Source: Chrysomallon squamiferum (taxonomy: Eukaryota; Animalia; Mollusca). Taken from it: 64,000 nucleotides of DNA. The notes under the pieces are model-generated. The model ran no database searches. It had not been told where the DNA came from and saw nothing but the letters and a program-made list of their open reading frames with translations. A program made the translations under genes and the position numbers. How positions within the stretch are numbered: position 1 is the stretch's first letter; the number at the start of each line of letters is the position of its first letter. This document shows positions 1 through 11,901 of this stretch, one piece after another. The stretch is from assembly GCA_012295275.1 (NCBI GenBank), contig CM022665.1, positions 37,696,001 to 37,760,000 of the forward strand, read 5' to 3'.

Positions 1-1471
1 ATCTTCAAGTTCCATTCATACACTTATCAAGGGATTAATTTCTTTATTTTGCATTGTAAGCCATATATGGTGTTACATTTTTCACAAAGCATAGGGTAAA
101 AGGGCCATTGCCGTATTAATAGTTATTGTGTCTTTAATACTGGTGCTGTTGGCATCTTATGGTACTTATTCTTGCAATTTAAAATTAATTTAGTAGTTTC
201 AAGTTTTTTGCTTTTCTACAAAACATTTTTAAAACTGTGGTTGGAATTTTTAGTTATTTTTCACCATGGAAGATGGGATGCAAATACTTGGCCTTGTTTA
301 TGGCGCAGAATAGTCTGGCCATGGTTGAGGGGCTGTTTGCATTGGCTTTATATATATATGTATGTAACGTATTTGTATGGGTGTGTGTGTGTTACCATTA
401 TTATTATTATTATTATATTTGAGAGGGAATAACATTCGAACCCTTACTCATACCCCTACATAATTTTATCCAATCTCACCACGGCATGTCAAACAAACAG
501 AACTAAATAAAAAGGCATCCACGTGTGGTAAATGATAAATGTAAAAAGTATAAATAAATAAAACTGTATAATACACTGTTCTTGAAATAGCAAATCTAAT
601 AATCTAATATTAAAATAAATAACTGATCTTATATGCTCCCAAATGGAAAAAAGAAGTTAATAAATTAATAGATGTTCTTGAATTAATGAAATGTTTAATA
701 ACACCTCATTACATTTTAATGCTAATGTTACTTCATATATTTCAGTCATACATTTTCAACATGAGAATAAAAATGGTATGGATTATTCAAGCTAATTATT
801 AGCATCTACGGGTATTTTGTATTCACCTTCCTACGGAAATGAAAGTGGTTATGATTACTTTCGTTAAAACTATTTCAAAGGACGCTAACTTAAATTGAAA
901 ACACTTCATTGATTTCTTCTCTTTTTTTTTTCTCTTTTTTTTCCGTTTTGTTTGCTTCTTTTTCGGGGGGGGTTGTATTGGGTTTTCTTGTTTTGGGGGT
1001 GTGTGAGGGGTTACGGGCTGGCGTTTCAATCGAAACCAATGCTACTTTCAAATTATTAACTATCGAAATAGTAAAAAATAAAAATGAAAATGTGCAGGTG
1101 AGAAAACAATACAGGATAACACGTTATAATGCTGACAAAAACTGTCAGTCTCCTCTGGTTGTTACTAATGTAACCTATATAAACTGAGTGAAAAAACCCC
1201 AACAAAAACAACGTTGTTTGTCTTGCACTATGACACGGATGAAAAATTGCCGCGAATTGACGTGACTAGCAGTCGCGCTGACAGTAAATATCAGTGTGTC
1301 GTATTTTCCGATTGGTCGGTTTTTACTGCTCTGTTTGTTTCTCTAAAACTATATATATTCAAGTATTTCCCTGTGACGGAAAAAAGAATTCTCGGTTTCA
1401 TTAGATGTGAAAACAGTTTGTCGTAATAAATAGAGTGAGAACGTTAATTGCGGATTGCGCGCTTAACGAAG

Positions 1472-1574
1472 ATGAAAGAGCTGCAGTTGAAAATAGCTGT
1501 CTCCATTTTTAATGTTCTGGTAAGATTTTTTTTTTTTTATTTTCTATTTTTTATTTATTTATTTATTTATTTAT

Positions 1575-1630
<56 letters not shown>

Positions 1631-1872
1631 ATTTAAAAGAGAAAATTTATTAATCTATGTGTTTATTTATTTATTTGAAATTTTAATTTTATTAAAACTA
1701 TAAATTACTTGATACTGGATAATATAAAAATGTGTTGTAGAATTAACAGATAAACGTCAGTATATCTATTTAATTTGACATAGCATTATCTTCTTTAAAA
1801 ATTTTGATTATTTGTTGTTTCCGTCGTTTTATCATTATTACAATAAATGACACGTACATAACAGTATAAAGC

Positions 1873-1925
<53 letters not shown>

Positions 1926-2174
1926 TCCGTCTTTAACCAAGGAAATGAAGAATATTTTAAAAATAACATTATTGTTTACATCAAAATTAACTCTTTACTT
2001 TACAGGTGGTTTGTGTTCACTTACTAATAAACTGATGTTTTTCTAATTATGTCGTTTTAAATACATTAAAATGTAATAGGCACATGGATAGTATTTGATT
2101 TAAATGTTCTATCCGTACAAACAAAGAACGAATAAATAAATAATAAATAAATAAAATTATTTTAACAAAGTAGA

Positions 2175-2211
<37 letters not shown>

Positions 2212-4469
2212 GGCCGAAACAAAAAAAAAGCCCTGTATTTAAACAAACATGCAAAATAAACTAATGATAGCAAAATATGTACAAAAAAAACAAAAAAAAA
2301 ACAACAAAGAACAGAAACAACAGTCAAAAACAAACACAACAAACAACATCAACAACAAAAACAAAACAGCAACAACAACAAACCCAGAGAAACAATAAAA
2401 AATTAAAATACAACGCCTTTATTTACGTATTTCTGACACGTATTTTCGAAAATTTGCCCCAGGCGAATTTTTTTCACTGTGTACAAAGTTACAGGCATTT
2501 ATTATTTAGATAGCACATAGGCCTACTTGTTATGCTAGAATTGCGTTCTTTAGCTCGGTAGTTACTGCGCTTTTACGAGCCCTGATGAGACGCAGGATCG
2601 ACCCCACCTTGATGAACTCGGTACCGATAAAATTAGTGGCTCATAATTTGTTTGTGTGTGTGTGTGTGTTTTTGTGTTTTTAGTTTTCATGTTAAAATTC
2701 ATTTAAATGAATAACTAAAGTTAAATGCATAAGTAAGTTCCGGGGATGGTGGTGGTTTGGATTGGATGAGTTTACCTGTATAAAATATCAGATTAAAAAT
2801 TAGGTACTTCTGAGACTTTCGTTGGCACAGATGCAAATGCCAAAGTATTAACAGATTTTGTAAAGTACTGGTCCTAATTTTATTTTCAAAAAGCATGGAA
2901 TCACGCTATTGAAATTATATATAGCCTATATACAAAAATATTTATTCAGTATACGATTTTATGGCAGTGTACCTGCCACGGTTTATGGCTATACAGTTTG
3001 ACAATGGACGTAGCCTAATACACCCTGATATTGGTCGTAAGCCATAAAACATAGTACATATTTGTTTCATAACTGACAAGTCTTACTTTTTGACCTTTAT
3101 TTATACCTGGTCAGAGTTCAGGTCACGGTGACCTGTAATACCAGTAATATTAATATCTACTAAAGATACATTCCCTTGTCACTGTCTCCGTAATATATCG
3201 ATAGGAATTTAAAGGACTACCAAAAATGATGATGATGATAGTGACAACATATAAATTCACGAATGATGATACTACTACTACTACTACTATTTCTACTATT
3301 GATGCTGATCCTGCTGCTAATAATAACAATAATAATAATAACAACAACAACTTTCATTATCATTATATAATGACAATAACGACGACTAACACATTCATGA
3401 GCAAGCGAAACTATTCCAAATAGTACTTTCGAAATCAGTTAAGAAAACGATGGAAACATTTGAAAACTATTTCTATTCTGTCATTTGAAAAATTCAGTTT
3501 CACTTTCACTAAAACTGTTTCCTCTGTGGAAAAAAAAAAAAAAAATGATAGCTTTCTTAATAAAATTCTACTAATGTTTTTTTGTTTTTTTATTTCTTTC
3601 ACAATAATACTTAATAATTGTAAACACGTTGACAGACGGTATACATCACGCTGTAGGAAAGGAAGTTCCTAATCGCCATGACACCAATCAGAACTCTCCT
3701 TTCCAGCGCGGTACACTTCCGGGTCGTACTTCGTAGAAAATTGTATCCAACGGTGACAGAAGTATTTTCATCACATTAGCTCAGCATGAATCCTCTTTTT
3801 TTTTATCTTCTTTAATGTGAAAACAACAAAGTCACAGCTTCATTTTACATTTTCATATCCTAAAAAAAGTTTTTAAATTTAGATCACATCTATTAAAGTT
3901 TACCTTTGGTACGTAAATTCACACTTTTATCGTATACTTAAAATTATTAGTTGCTAGTGAACAATTTTTTCTAAAAAGTGTGAAAGTAAGTTACGAGGAT
4001 CAAACAGGTTGATATTTGGCCTTTTATAAAGAGGTTATTTTATATACACAAAAATAATTCCCCACCCCCGACAATCTCAAACTAAAAAACAAAATAATAA
4101 TAGTATGAATAAATCATTTGCAAAATTGTTATATTTTGTCACATTTGTAAAATTGTAAAAATAAATAAATAAAACAAAATGAAATAAAATAAAATAAAAA
4201 TGTTCCAACTTAATACTGGAAAATTCGGTAATGTTAACTTATGTGGATAAAATAATTAATAATTTCCAAATTTCTATTTTTACATAGAGATTTAGGGGGA
4301 AAACAAATAAGTATTAAAATGAAAAAAATGTTTTATATAAACAGTAATTTTAAAAATACAAATGGAATAAATTTAATTCATTTAAATTATAGAGCTAAGT
4401 ATGAAATTAGTCATTTTAAAAAGTTAAGGATATTTAATAATGAATACTGCATTCTCTTCTTTTATAAAA

Positions 4470-4522
<53 letters not shown>

Positions 4523-5066
4523 GTTTTATCATCATCGTTTGTTTTACTTTCAGTTATGTACATTTTCTTTCTGCACGTCCACGAATGCTGAAAGCAGTCC
4601 AACTTCACCAGATTGGAAGCAGTTTGTTTCGAAATTGGGATCCATTCAGAATATCCGCACTACATCAGACTCATCATCTGAGAACCTGCCATTTCCAACA
4701 ACATCTACTTCAAGCAAGATACAAGGAGAATCTACAGTTATCCCACAAAACTCTTCCATTTTGCTAACAAAATCAGAGTTGCCGGGCTTGGTTACCAAGA
4801 ATACAATTGGATCGAAAACAATGATGCTTGCTATGATTGCAATTGCCGTGGGGACGACCTGCGCATTGGCCACTGTTGTCTTCATTTTTGTCATGAAAAG
4901 AAAGGCAAACAGCAAAGCTAAGTCAAACGAAAACGAAGTAAGACGACATCTTGCTATGAGAACGAATATGTACGTGATCAGAAACGAAAACTGCGATTTG
5001 AAAAACGCTCTAAGTAGAATTCCTTCATCGATAGAAATCTGGCGAGATATGCAAGCAGAACCGTAG
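1472..5066 (+). CDS. Uncharacterised type-I single-pass membrane protein, 186 aa (2 exons: 1472-1519, 4554-5066)
   Basis: ATG at 1472 (gaagATGA), MKELQLKIAVSIFNVL then CTG|gtaaga donor (phase 0); ttttactttcag| acceptor at 4553 joins in frame to ORF 4440-5066. Product: signal-peptide-like N-terminus, S/T/P-rich ectodomain, TM segment MMLAMIAIAVGTTCALATVVFIFVM, basic stop-transfer KRK, ~55-aa tail, TAG at 5064-5066. Confidence 0.72.
1876..1923. repeat. (AC)n microsatellite
   Basis: Perfect dinucleotide run. Confidence 0.95.
2548..2612 (+). mobile_element. tRNA-derived SINE head fragment
   Basis: A-box-like TAGCTCGGTAG and B-box-like GGATCGACCC at tRNA-like spacing; no cloverleaf. Confidence 0.4.
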
Positions 5067-6279
5067 CAGCTCAGATATTTAAAAATATTATGTTACATTG
5101 AACATATAAGAAAGAAACAACTGACAATAAAAAAAAAACAAGTTCAGCTACTTTGTTCTTTGAAACCATTTGGATGACCTTCCATTTCTCATCCAAACTG
5201 ATATATATATTTTTTTTTTGGTATTTTTTTTATATTAATAGTGCATGTACGAAACTTATATAATCTTTATTTTCAGAAATATTATAAATAATTGCAATTT
5301 ATTATTTTTAAAAAGTTTTTTTTTTTTTTCAAACTAAGAATGAAATGAAAATGGAAAGATGTCGCTCAAAGATGACATCTGTCATCAGAAAAGAAGGGCA
5401 ATAAGAAAATGAGATATGATGACATGCAGCTGTGACACCAAATATGCACGTGCTGTTTGAAAAATACTATTTAATATTCTATCACCAATAGAAATGTGGA
5501 GTTACATTTCAGCAGAACAAAAATACACATACACATACCCACCTCTCTCTCTCACTGTATGTATACATATTTATATAAAGTTACCTTGTTCATTTTTGGT
5601 TTGATGGTACCATGATCAGTAACAACAGTAATTAAACTACTTATTAGTTTAACCAGCATGTTATGAAATAAATAAAAAATACATTATACCTGACACCAAT
5701 CAATCTGGCAAAGAGTTTAAAGTGAAATGGTGAAAGGCCAAGCCACAGGCATCTTGTCCTGTCCTGACAACCAAACACCAATTGATGTTCTTCACAAAAG
5801 GAGAGGAAATTATTCGCGTAAATCTGTATCTATCAACAGCTGACATGTTACTTTCAATGAAAGACATATTTTGGTTCATTTGCTGTGTAGATGATGACAA
5901 TAAAAAGAACTTTGAATATTACTAAAACCATGACGAAAACCATCAAGTGGAACTGAGAAACTGTTCATTTGGTTGTAAGTTTCCCCTGGGAAGGAAAGTT
6001 TTTGAATGGAAATTAATAAAGTACCAAGTGATCGGCCAGTCTCTGATGGATGTGCGTCTTACCCCACCCTACCCTCTTTGCAGATGTACAAACATATACG
6101 TTATTTGTTACTATCATCACGAAGATAAATGTTTTTTTCTGTTTTATTCTGGCTGTGAAACTTTAAAAACACTTTAAAAAAAAGGAAAGAAGAAACAAAA
6201 AATTATAATAGCATGAAACATTGCAATTAAGCACACTGCATCATCATTATCTTTAAAATATTTTGTGATGGCATGTGCT

Positions 6280-6440
6280 TTAGTTTCATTCTGATGTGAA
6301 GGGTAATAGGAAAAGCCAGTACAAAGACAACGACATACTATGTATGTACGTGATCAGAAACAAAAACTGTTTTGAAAAATATGCTTTCTAGATTTATTTT
6401 AGCGATGGAACTGTCGCGAGATGTGCACGTAGAACCATGT
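6280..6440 (+). pseudogene. Degenerate duplicate of the 3' coding end of the membrane-protein gene
   Basis: 6343-6369 matches 4967-4993 at 26/27 nt; gcgagatgtgcacgtagaacc matches gcgagatatgcaagcagaacc; indels break the frame. Confidence 0.7.
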
Positions 6441-7210
6441 ATAAAAAGTAATTAATGCAAACTAAGCAGCAACAACAATAAACAAACAAAAAGTATGATT
6501 TTTAATTTTATTGTTGTTGCTGTTTAAAAAAAAAAAAGCTTTTGTTTTCTCTAGCACCACTGAGCATTACAGATTAGCAAATGAAATGTAAATATTTTAA
6601 CTGTGTATATACTATATGGTGTACATATGCATAAATGCAAAAAACTGAACTGAACAGTATTGCGCATTATTTGTAATTAAGCAATGTAAATATTTTTTAA
6701 TGTATCAAACATAGCTATCATGCAGAGCGTGCAACAAATGAACGAACGTCAATGTACATAAATTTTCGTTTTCTTTTTTTCTTTTATTTCTTTTTCTTTT
6801 TTTTAAATAACATTGGTGTATCATATGTCAATATATATGAGATATTTTTTGTCACTGTCTGTTTATATTTTTCTTCTTGTTTCTAATCTATGATCAACAG
6901 AAAATTTATTGTACAGAGCTGAATGATATAAATAATTATTGCACAAAATTGTTAGTTATTACTGTTGTTTGGTTGTGTCTGTATTACGAGTGGGAGTTTT
7001 GGCATTAACGTGGATTTTCCACATGAATCTTTTTTATCTGATAACATGCCACCTTTCTCATTTTCTGGTTACTCAGAAGTATGAGAATGCAAAGACATTA
7101 ATGTTTGCCTTTAAGTTTACAAATAAACAATCTAAATACATCTGCCATGCTCCACATTTATTATTTATTTTTGGCGACTAAGAATAGATAATAACGTGCG
7201 ACAATATAAC

Positions 7211-7815
7211 GGTATTAGTAGTCAGAAAATATCTAAGTGCCTTTTCATTACTGTACATCTTTGTTGTAAGTTTAACACCATAATCACCCTATCAAAAAAA
7301 AAAAAAATGCAACCTCCCCTCAAAAAATTCCTACAAAAAAAACTGATCTTTTTAACTTTTCAAAAACTGCACTTACTAAACAGCTGCAGAGACAGCTAAA
7401 AAAATACAAGAGTATATTAAATTTTAAAAACAAATTTAAGCGTTTTTGCTAAAACAAAATAAAAAAATAAAAAAAATAAATTAACGAAACAAAGAAAATA
7501 AAAATACAATGGTATTAATAGTCAGAAAACATGAGTGCCGTATTATCCCCTTTTCACTACTGTACATCTTTGTTCTAAGTTTAACACCATAATCACCCTC
7601 TCAAAAAAAAAAGTTTAACTGTAATCAACCTCTAAAAAAACACACACACAAAAAACAAAACAGCAAAAACAATAACAACCCCCCCAAAAGTTGTTTTTTC
7701 TTTTTTTTATATAAACAACAATGTTGATGTTTTTAATGACTTTGTGTAGAAAACAGCTGGAAAGAGATGGCAAGAAACATATTACTATTTAAAAACACAT
7801 TTAAGCGTTTTCGTT
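7211..7815 (+). repeat. Imperfect tandem duplication (~300-bp period)
   Basis: ggtatta.tagtcagaaaa...ctgtacatctttgtt.taagtttaacaccataatcaccct...aacagctg...atttaagcgtttt occurs at ~7211-7446 and ~7511-7811. Confidence 0.85.
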
Positions 7816-8122
7816 AAAAAAAAATTGAATTAAAAAAAAAGAAAGAAAGAAAAGAAAAGAAAAAGAAAAAAACAGCTGATATTTAATAAACATTTCTGAT
7901 AGTTTGCCAATATTGTCTTCCTTACAAAACAGTAAATATCAGTTAAAGAACATCATCAATGATTTCAGATTAAATGTAACCACGACAAAAATACGATCTA
8001 GTAATTTAGTGTGTAGAGCTCGATAATTAATGTTTTGCATTGATCCTAGGATAAAGAACAGAATTAAATAAAAAAGAATACACATTCTGGTGGCCAAAAT
8101 TTTCATTGAATAAATTACCTTT

Positions 8123-8156
<34 letters not shown>

Positions 8157-8802
8157 AACAAAACAAAAGCAACAAAGAAACATATACAAAGAAATAAATA
8201 AATAAATAAATATATATATAAATATTTTGGAATAGGTATCTGGCTTGGATACAAAAATTTAGGGGTGCATACCAAATGCGACATTATCACTCATCGCATG
8301 AAACAACTGCCCTAATATATTCATCAACAAGGACTTGTTCTGTTTTCACACCTCGAGCTGTAATAAATTGATGATGGAAACTGTCAAAATAATGTGGTAA
8401 TGAGTTTATAATCCATTTGAACTGCATTACAAACAAACAGATTGCTTCTTGAATATTTACATCAAGTGAATTCAACTTGAAAATTATTGACGGAATTTAT
8501 ATGAAAAACAAAAACATAATAAATAATAATTGTTTAATATAAAATAAATAAATAAAAACTACATCACTAATAGTATTAATGACGCTCCATTTTACTTCCT
8601 TATGTTCATTTTACAAATATATGTTATTTGAATTTCCGTGTGATTTAGTAATTAATAATTTTCCTCAATGTTGGAGGCAGTAGTTTTAATCTTGGGGATT
8701 AATGTACAAGCCAACTTAAACACTATGCTCAGAGCTTTTTGCCAATGGGGACAAAATGGTTCAAGGTTAAAAACAAATAAAGAATGCGAGATAGAAAACA
8801 GC

Positions 8803-8845
<43 letters not shown>

Positions 8846-10543
8846 TAGCCAATGGACTTCAACGTCTCTTATTATCTGTATAATATTATGGACCGTTTCT
8901 AAAAACTGGTAATATTAACAGAGGCCTGTTAAATTTTTGTGTACAAAAACCAGTGTCAAAATAAAACGTAACCACTGTAACATATATGCATTATTTTATT
9001 GCTCCCTCATAACAAGAAATGGCAACTATTCAATAAATGCATACGACACATGAATCAAAATTACCTTTTTTTTTTTTTTTTTTTTTTTTTTGATGACAGA
9101 ATTGCATATACATGGATTAATTTCAGTGCATTTCTACTTGAGACTGCTTTCAAAATACTTATGAAGATATTTTTTTTTTACTTACAAAATAATACCCAAC
9201 ACTTTGTGGTTTTATTAATTTAAAAATAAAAATAAAAATGATGAAATGATGTGGTTGTTTTAAAAAGGAAGCAAATAAATGAACCCGATATTAATTTATG
9301 GGTTGTTGTGATGAGCCAAACACTAATTTGAAAATCCTTCACGTTTATGTTAAATTATTATGCATATGACGGATCTGGAAAAAAGAATAATCTATTCTTT
9401 TAATATTACTATTTTGTCTATATGAAGAAACAGTTATATCTTGTAATCTTTACTCAAACTTAGGCAGTATAAAGTTAAAAAAAAAAAAATATATAATAAT
9501 AATAAATTGTTATTATAAAACAGATATTTGTAAGCACCGATATTTTCTGACAACACTGATTTAGCAATTGTTTTTGTCTGTCTCTTTTCATATTATAAAA
9601 GCATTTAAAAAAAAGCAAAGTTATTCTTGGAATCTAACAGAACAAAATATTCTTTTCTTCTCAATATGAGCAACAAATTCAGCCTACAAGTTCTCACTTT
9701 GTAAGATTTCATGAAATTACTTGCTTTAAACTGTGAAATAACAAGTTTTATAATTTTCTATTTGAGCTAAATTTAGTGAACATACAAAGCAATTATTATA
9801 TCTGAACCATAACTACTAATCTGTAACACTGGCTCATTATACAAAATATTCACATCTATTGTAATACTGTGTAAAGGAGGAAAAAAACCCACAAAAAAAA
9901 AAAAAAAACCCAAACATGTCTTTGCATTTACTCTGAAACTGGCAATGAAGTAAATATATCAATAAATCTGTTGTTTTATTTATGTTGGTTTTTCTTTTCC
10001 TTTTTCATGTATTTGTGTTTTAAATAAACTTAACTTGAAACAGAAAGTGAAACCATGGTATGCTGTGAAAACCAATAATCTGAATTCAAATAAATTCTTA
10101 AAATAAAATCATTAACTTTCCTAATGGCAGATTTAAAAATCACAGTTTAATGAAATAAATCAGGTGTCTCATTAATATTTTTAAACGTATTATTTTTATT
10201 TTCATTCTGTTTTTAAAATTATGGTACATAATCACAAAACCATACGAAACAAGTAAAATGATTTGAAGAACAAAGACTAATCAAAACATTTAATCCAAAG
10301 AGGCATTAATTGTCTTTGTTGCCATCAGAGGAAACTGGAAATTTTGTTGTCATTTAATATTTCCCCCCAACATACACACTTATTCTCACAAACTTTACAT
10401 TCATCATTAACACACACATATTTGTCTCTCATGTATGTAAACATAACAATGTTTTTTCTCTTTCTTCTTCTCAAATGTCCACAAAACATTCATCCTCACA
10501 AACGTACCAAAATGTGAACATTAGGTGTAGACAAAGGAAAAGT

Positions 10544-10636
10544 TCATTTCACAAGCCCTAATTTTTTTGCTTCTGTTTCATATACCAAGAGTCTCCACAT
10601 TTTTACTACAAACACTTCAGCAGCATCATCAATAAC
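10544..10636 (-). CDS. RBM25: RBM25 terminal coding exon 18 (end of PWI, TGA)
   Basis: tttcag|GTTATT ... AAATGA. Confidence 0.95.
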   Translation of the reverse strand, partial: VIDDAAEVFVVKMWRLLVYETEAKKLGLVK

Positions 10637-11858
10637 CTGAAAAAATAAACAGAAAAATTACAAATAAATAAAAATTAAGATAAAAAGAAGAACAAAACAA
10701 AAACAAACTCCACACCCACACAAAAAATAAATAAAAAATAAATATAATCTAGTCTATGCCAATAAAACTTGTTTACACTTTAAGAACTAATAATGAAAAC
10801 ATAAATGTATTATTATTATTTAAAATAAAGTTTAAAATTCTCATGCTGATTAAATAAATAAAATATAAATTGGTTTTCTGTCTTTGACAGTATGAGTCTT
10901 TTGAAGAATCCTACTCCTGATTTACATTTGTATGAAAGATATTTCTTTTATTTACATCTTACTGCAGACATTTAATGAATGAAACAGAAAAAGAATATTT
11001 AAAAAACTGTCCATACCTTTATTTTTTTGGTAAAAAAAAAAAAATTAAAAGAAAACAGTGATTTAGTATCTAATTATTCAGTGTTAGTCAAACACTGTAA
11101 ATATCAAGGTAGAGCTTATTTTAAGAAATTAGGAAAGAAAAATGAAGAGACTGCTTACCCTAACAAGGTCATTGAGTATACTTTGTGGTGAGCTACGTGC
11201 TGCCACTTTTTGACAGATGAATTCAGTGAGTGCTGGCTCCTCTTCTCCAATGTACTCCACTATCTTCTTAATCACCCACGGCTTGATTCGTTTGTCCATC
11301 AATGTCTGAAATAAATTTACATGTGAACACAATATTATCCACAGAAACAAAATCTTCTTATACAGTTAAAGCAGGTTAAAAGACGATACGTGAGTAGAAA
11401 TTCAGAAAATAAAGTATATAGAGTTTAATACTCTAAAATTCATTAAAAAATAAAATCAACACCACCATCCCATATTTCAAAATGAACAAATGTTTATGTT
11501 TTTTGCTTAGAAAAGGATGTGTCTGTACCTGATCTACAATTGACCAATCCAAAGGAAACTGGAACAGTTCTTCTTTCGCTGTTGGAATGCCTTCAATGAG
11601 GTTTTTAATTTTCATACGCTTTTCTTCTGCAGTTGTGGCTTTCTTTTCATTTTTCTTCTCATCATAGTCCAGTGGAATTAATTTTCTCTTTTTGCTTTCT
11701 GCTGATTCATCATCATCTTGGTTAAAAACATCACCAATTGTGTATTTCTTTCGCTTAGGACCAGATGTCTCAGCAGGACTGTTACTGGAAGATGTTCCTG
11801 CAAAAATAATGTTGAATGGTAAAAATAATAAAGATTATAAAAAGCACAAATTTTATTT

Positions 11859-11901
<43 letters not shown>

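Noticed and set aside
4440-4553. Poly-Leu N-terminus of the 208-aa ORF as a signal peptide
   Set aside because: It is an intronic (ATT)n microsatellite before a good acceptor; the real start is likely 1472
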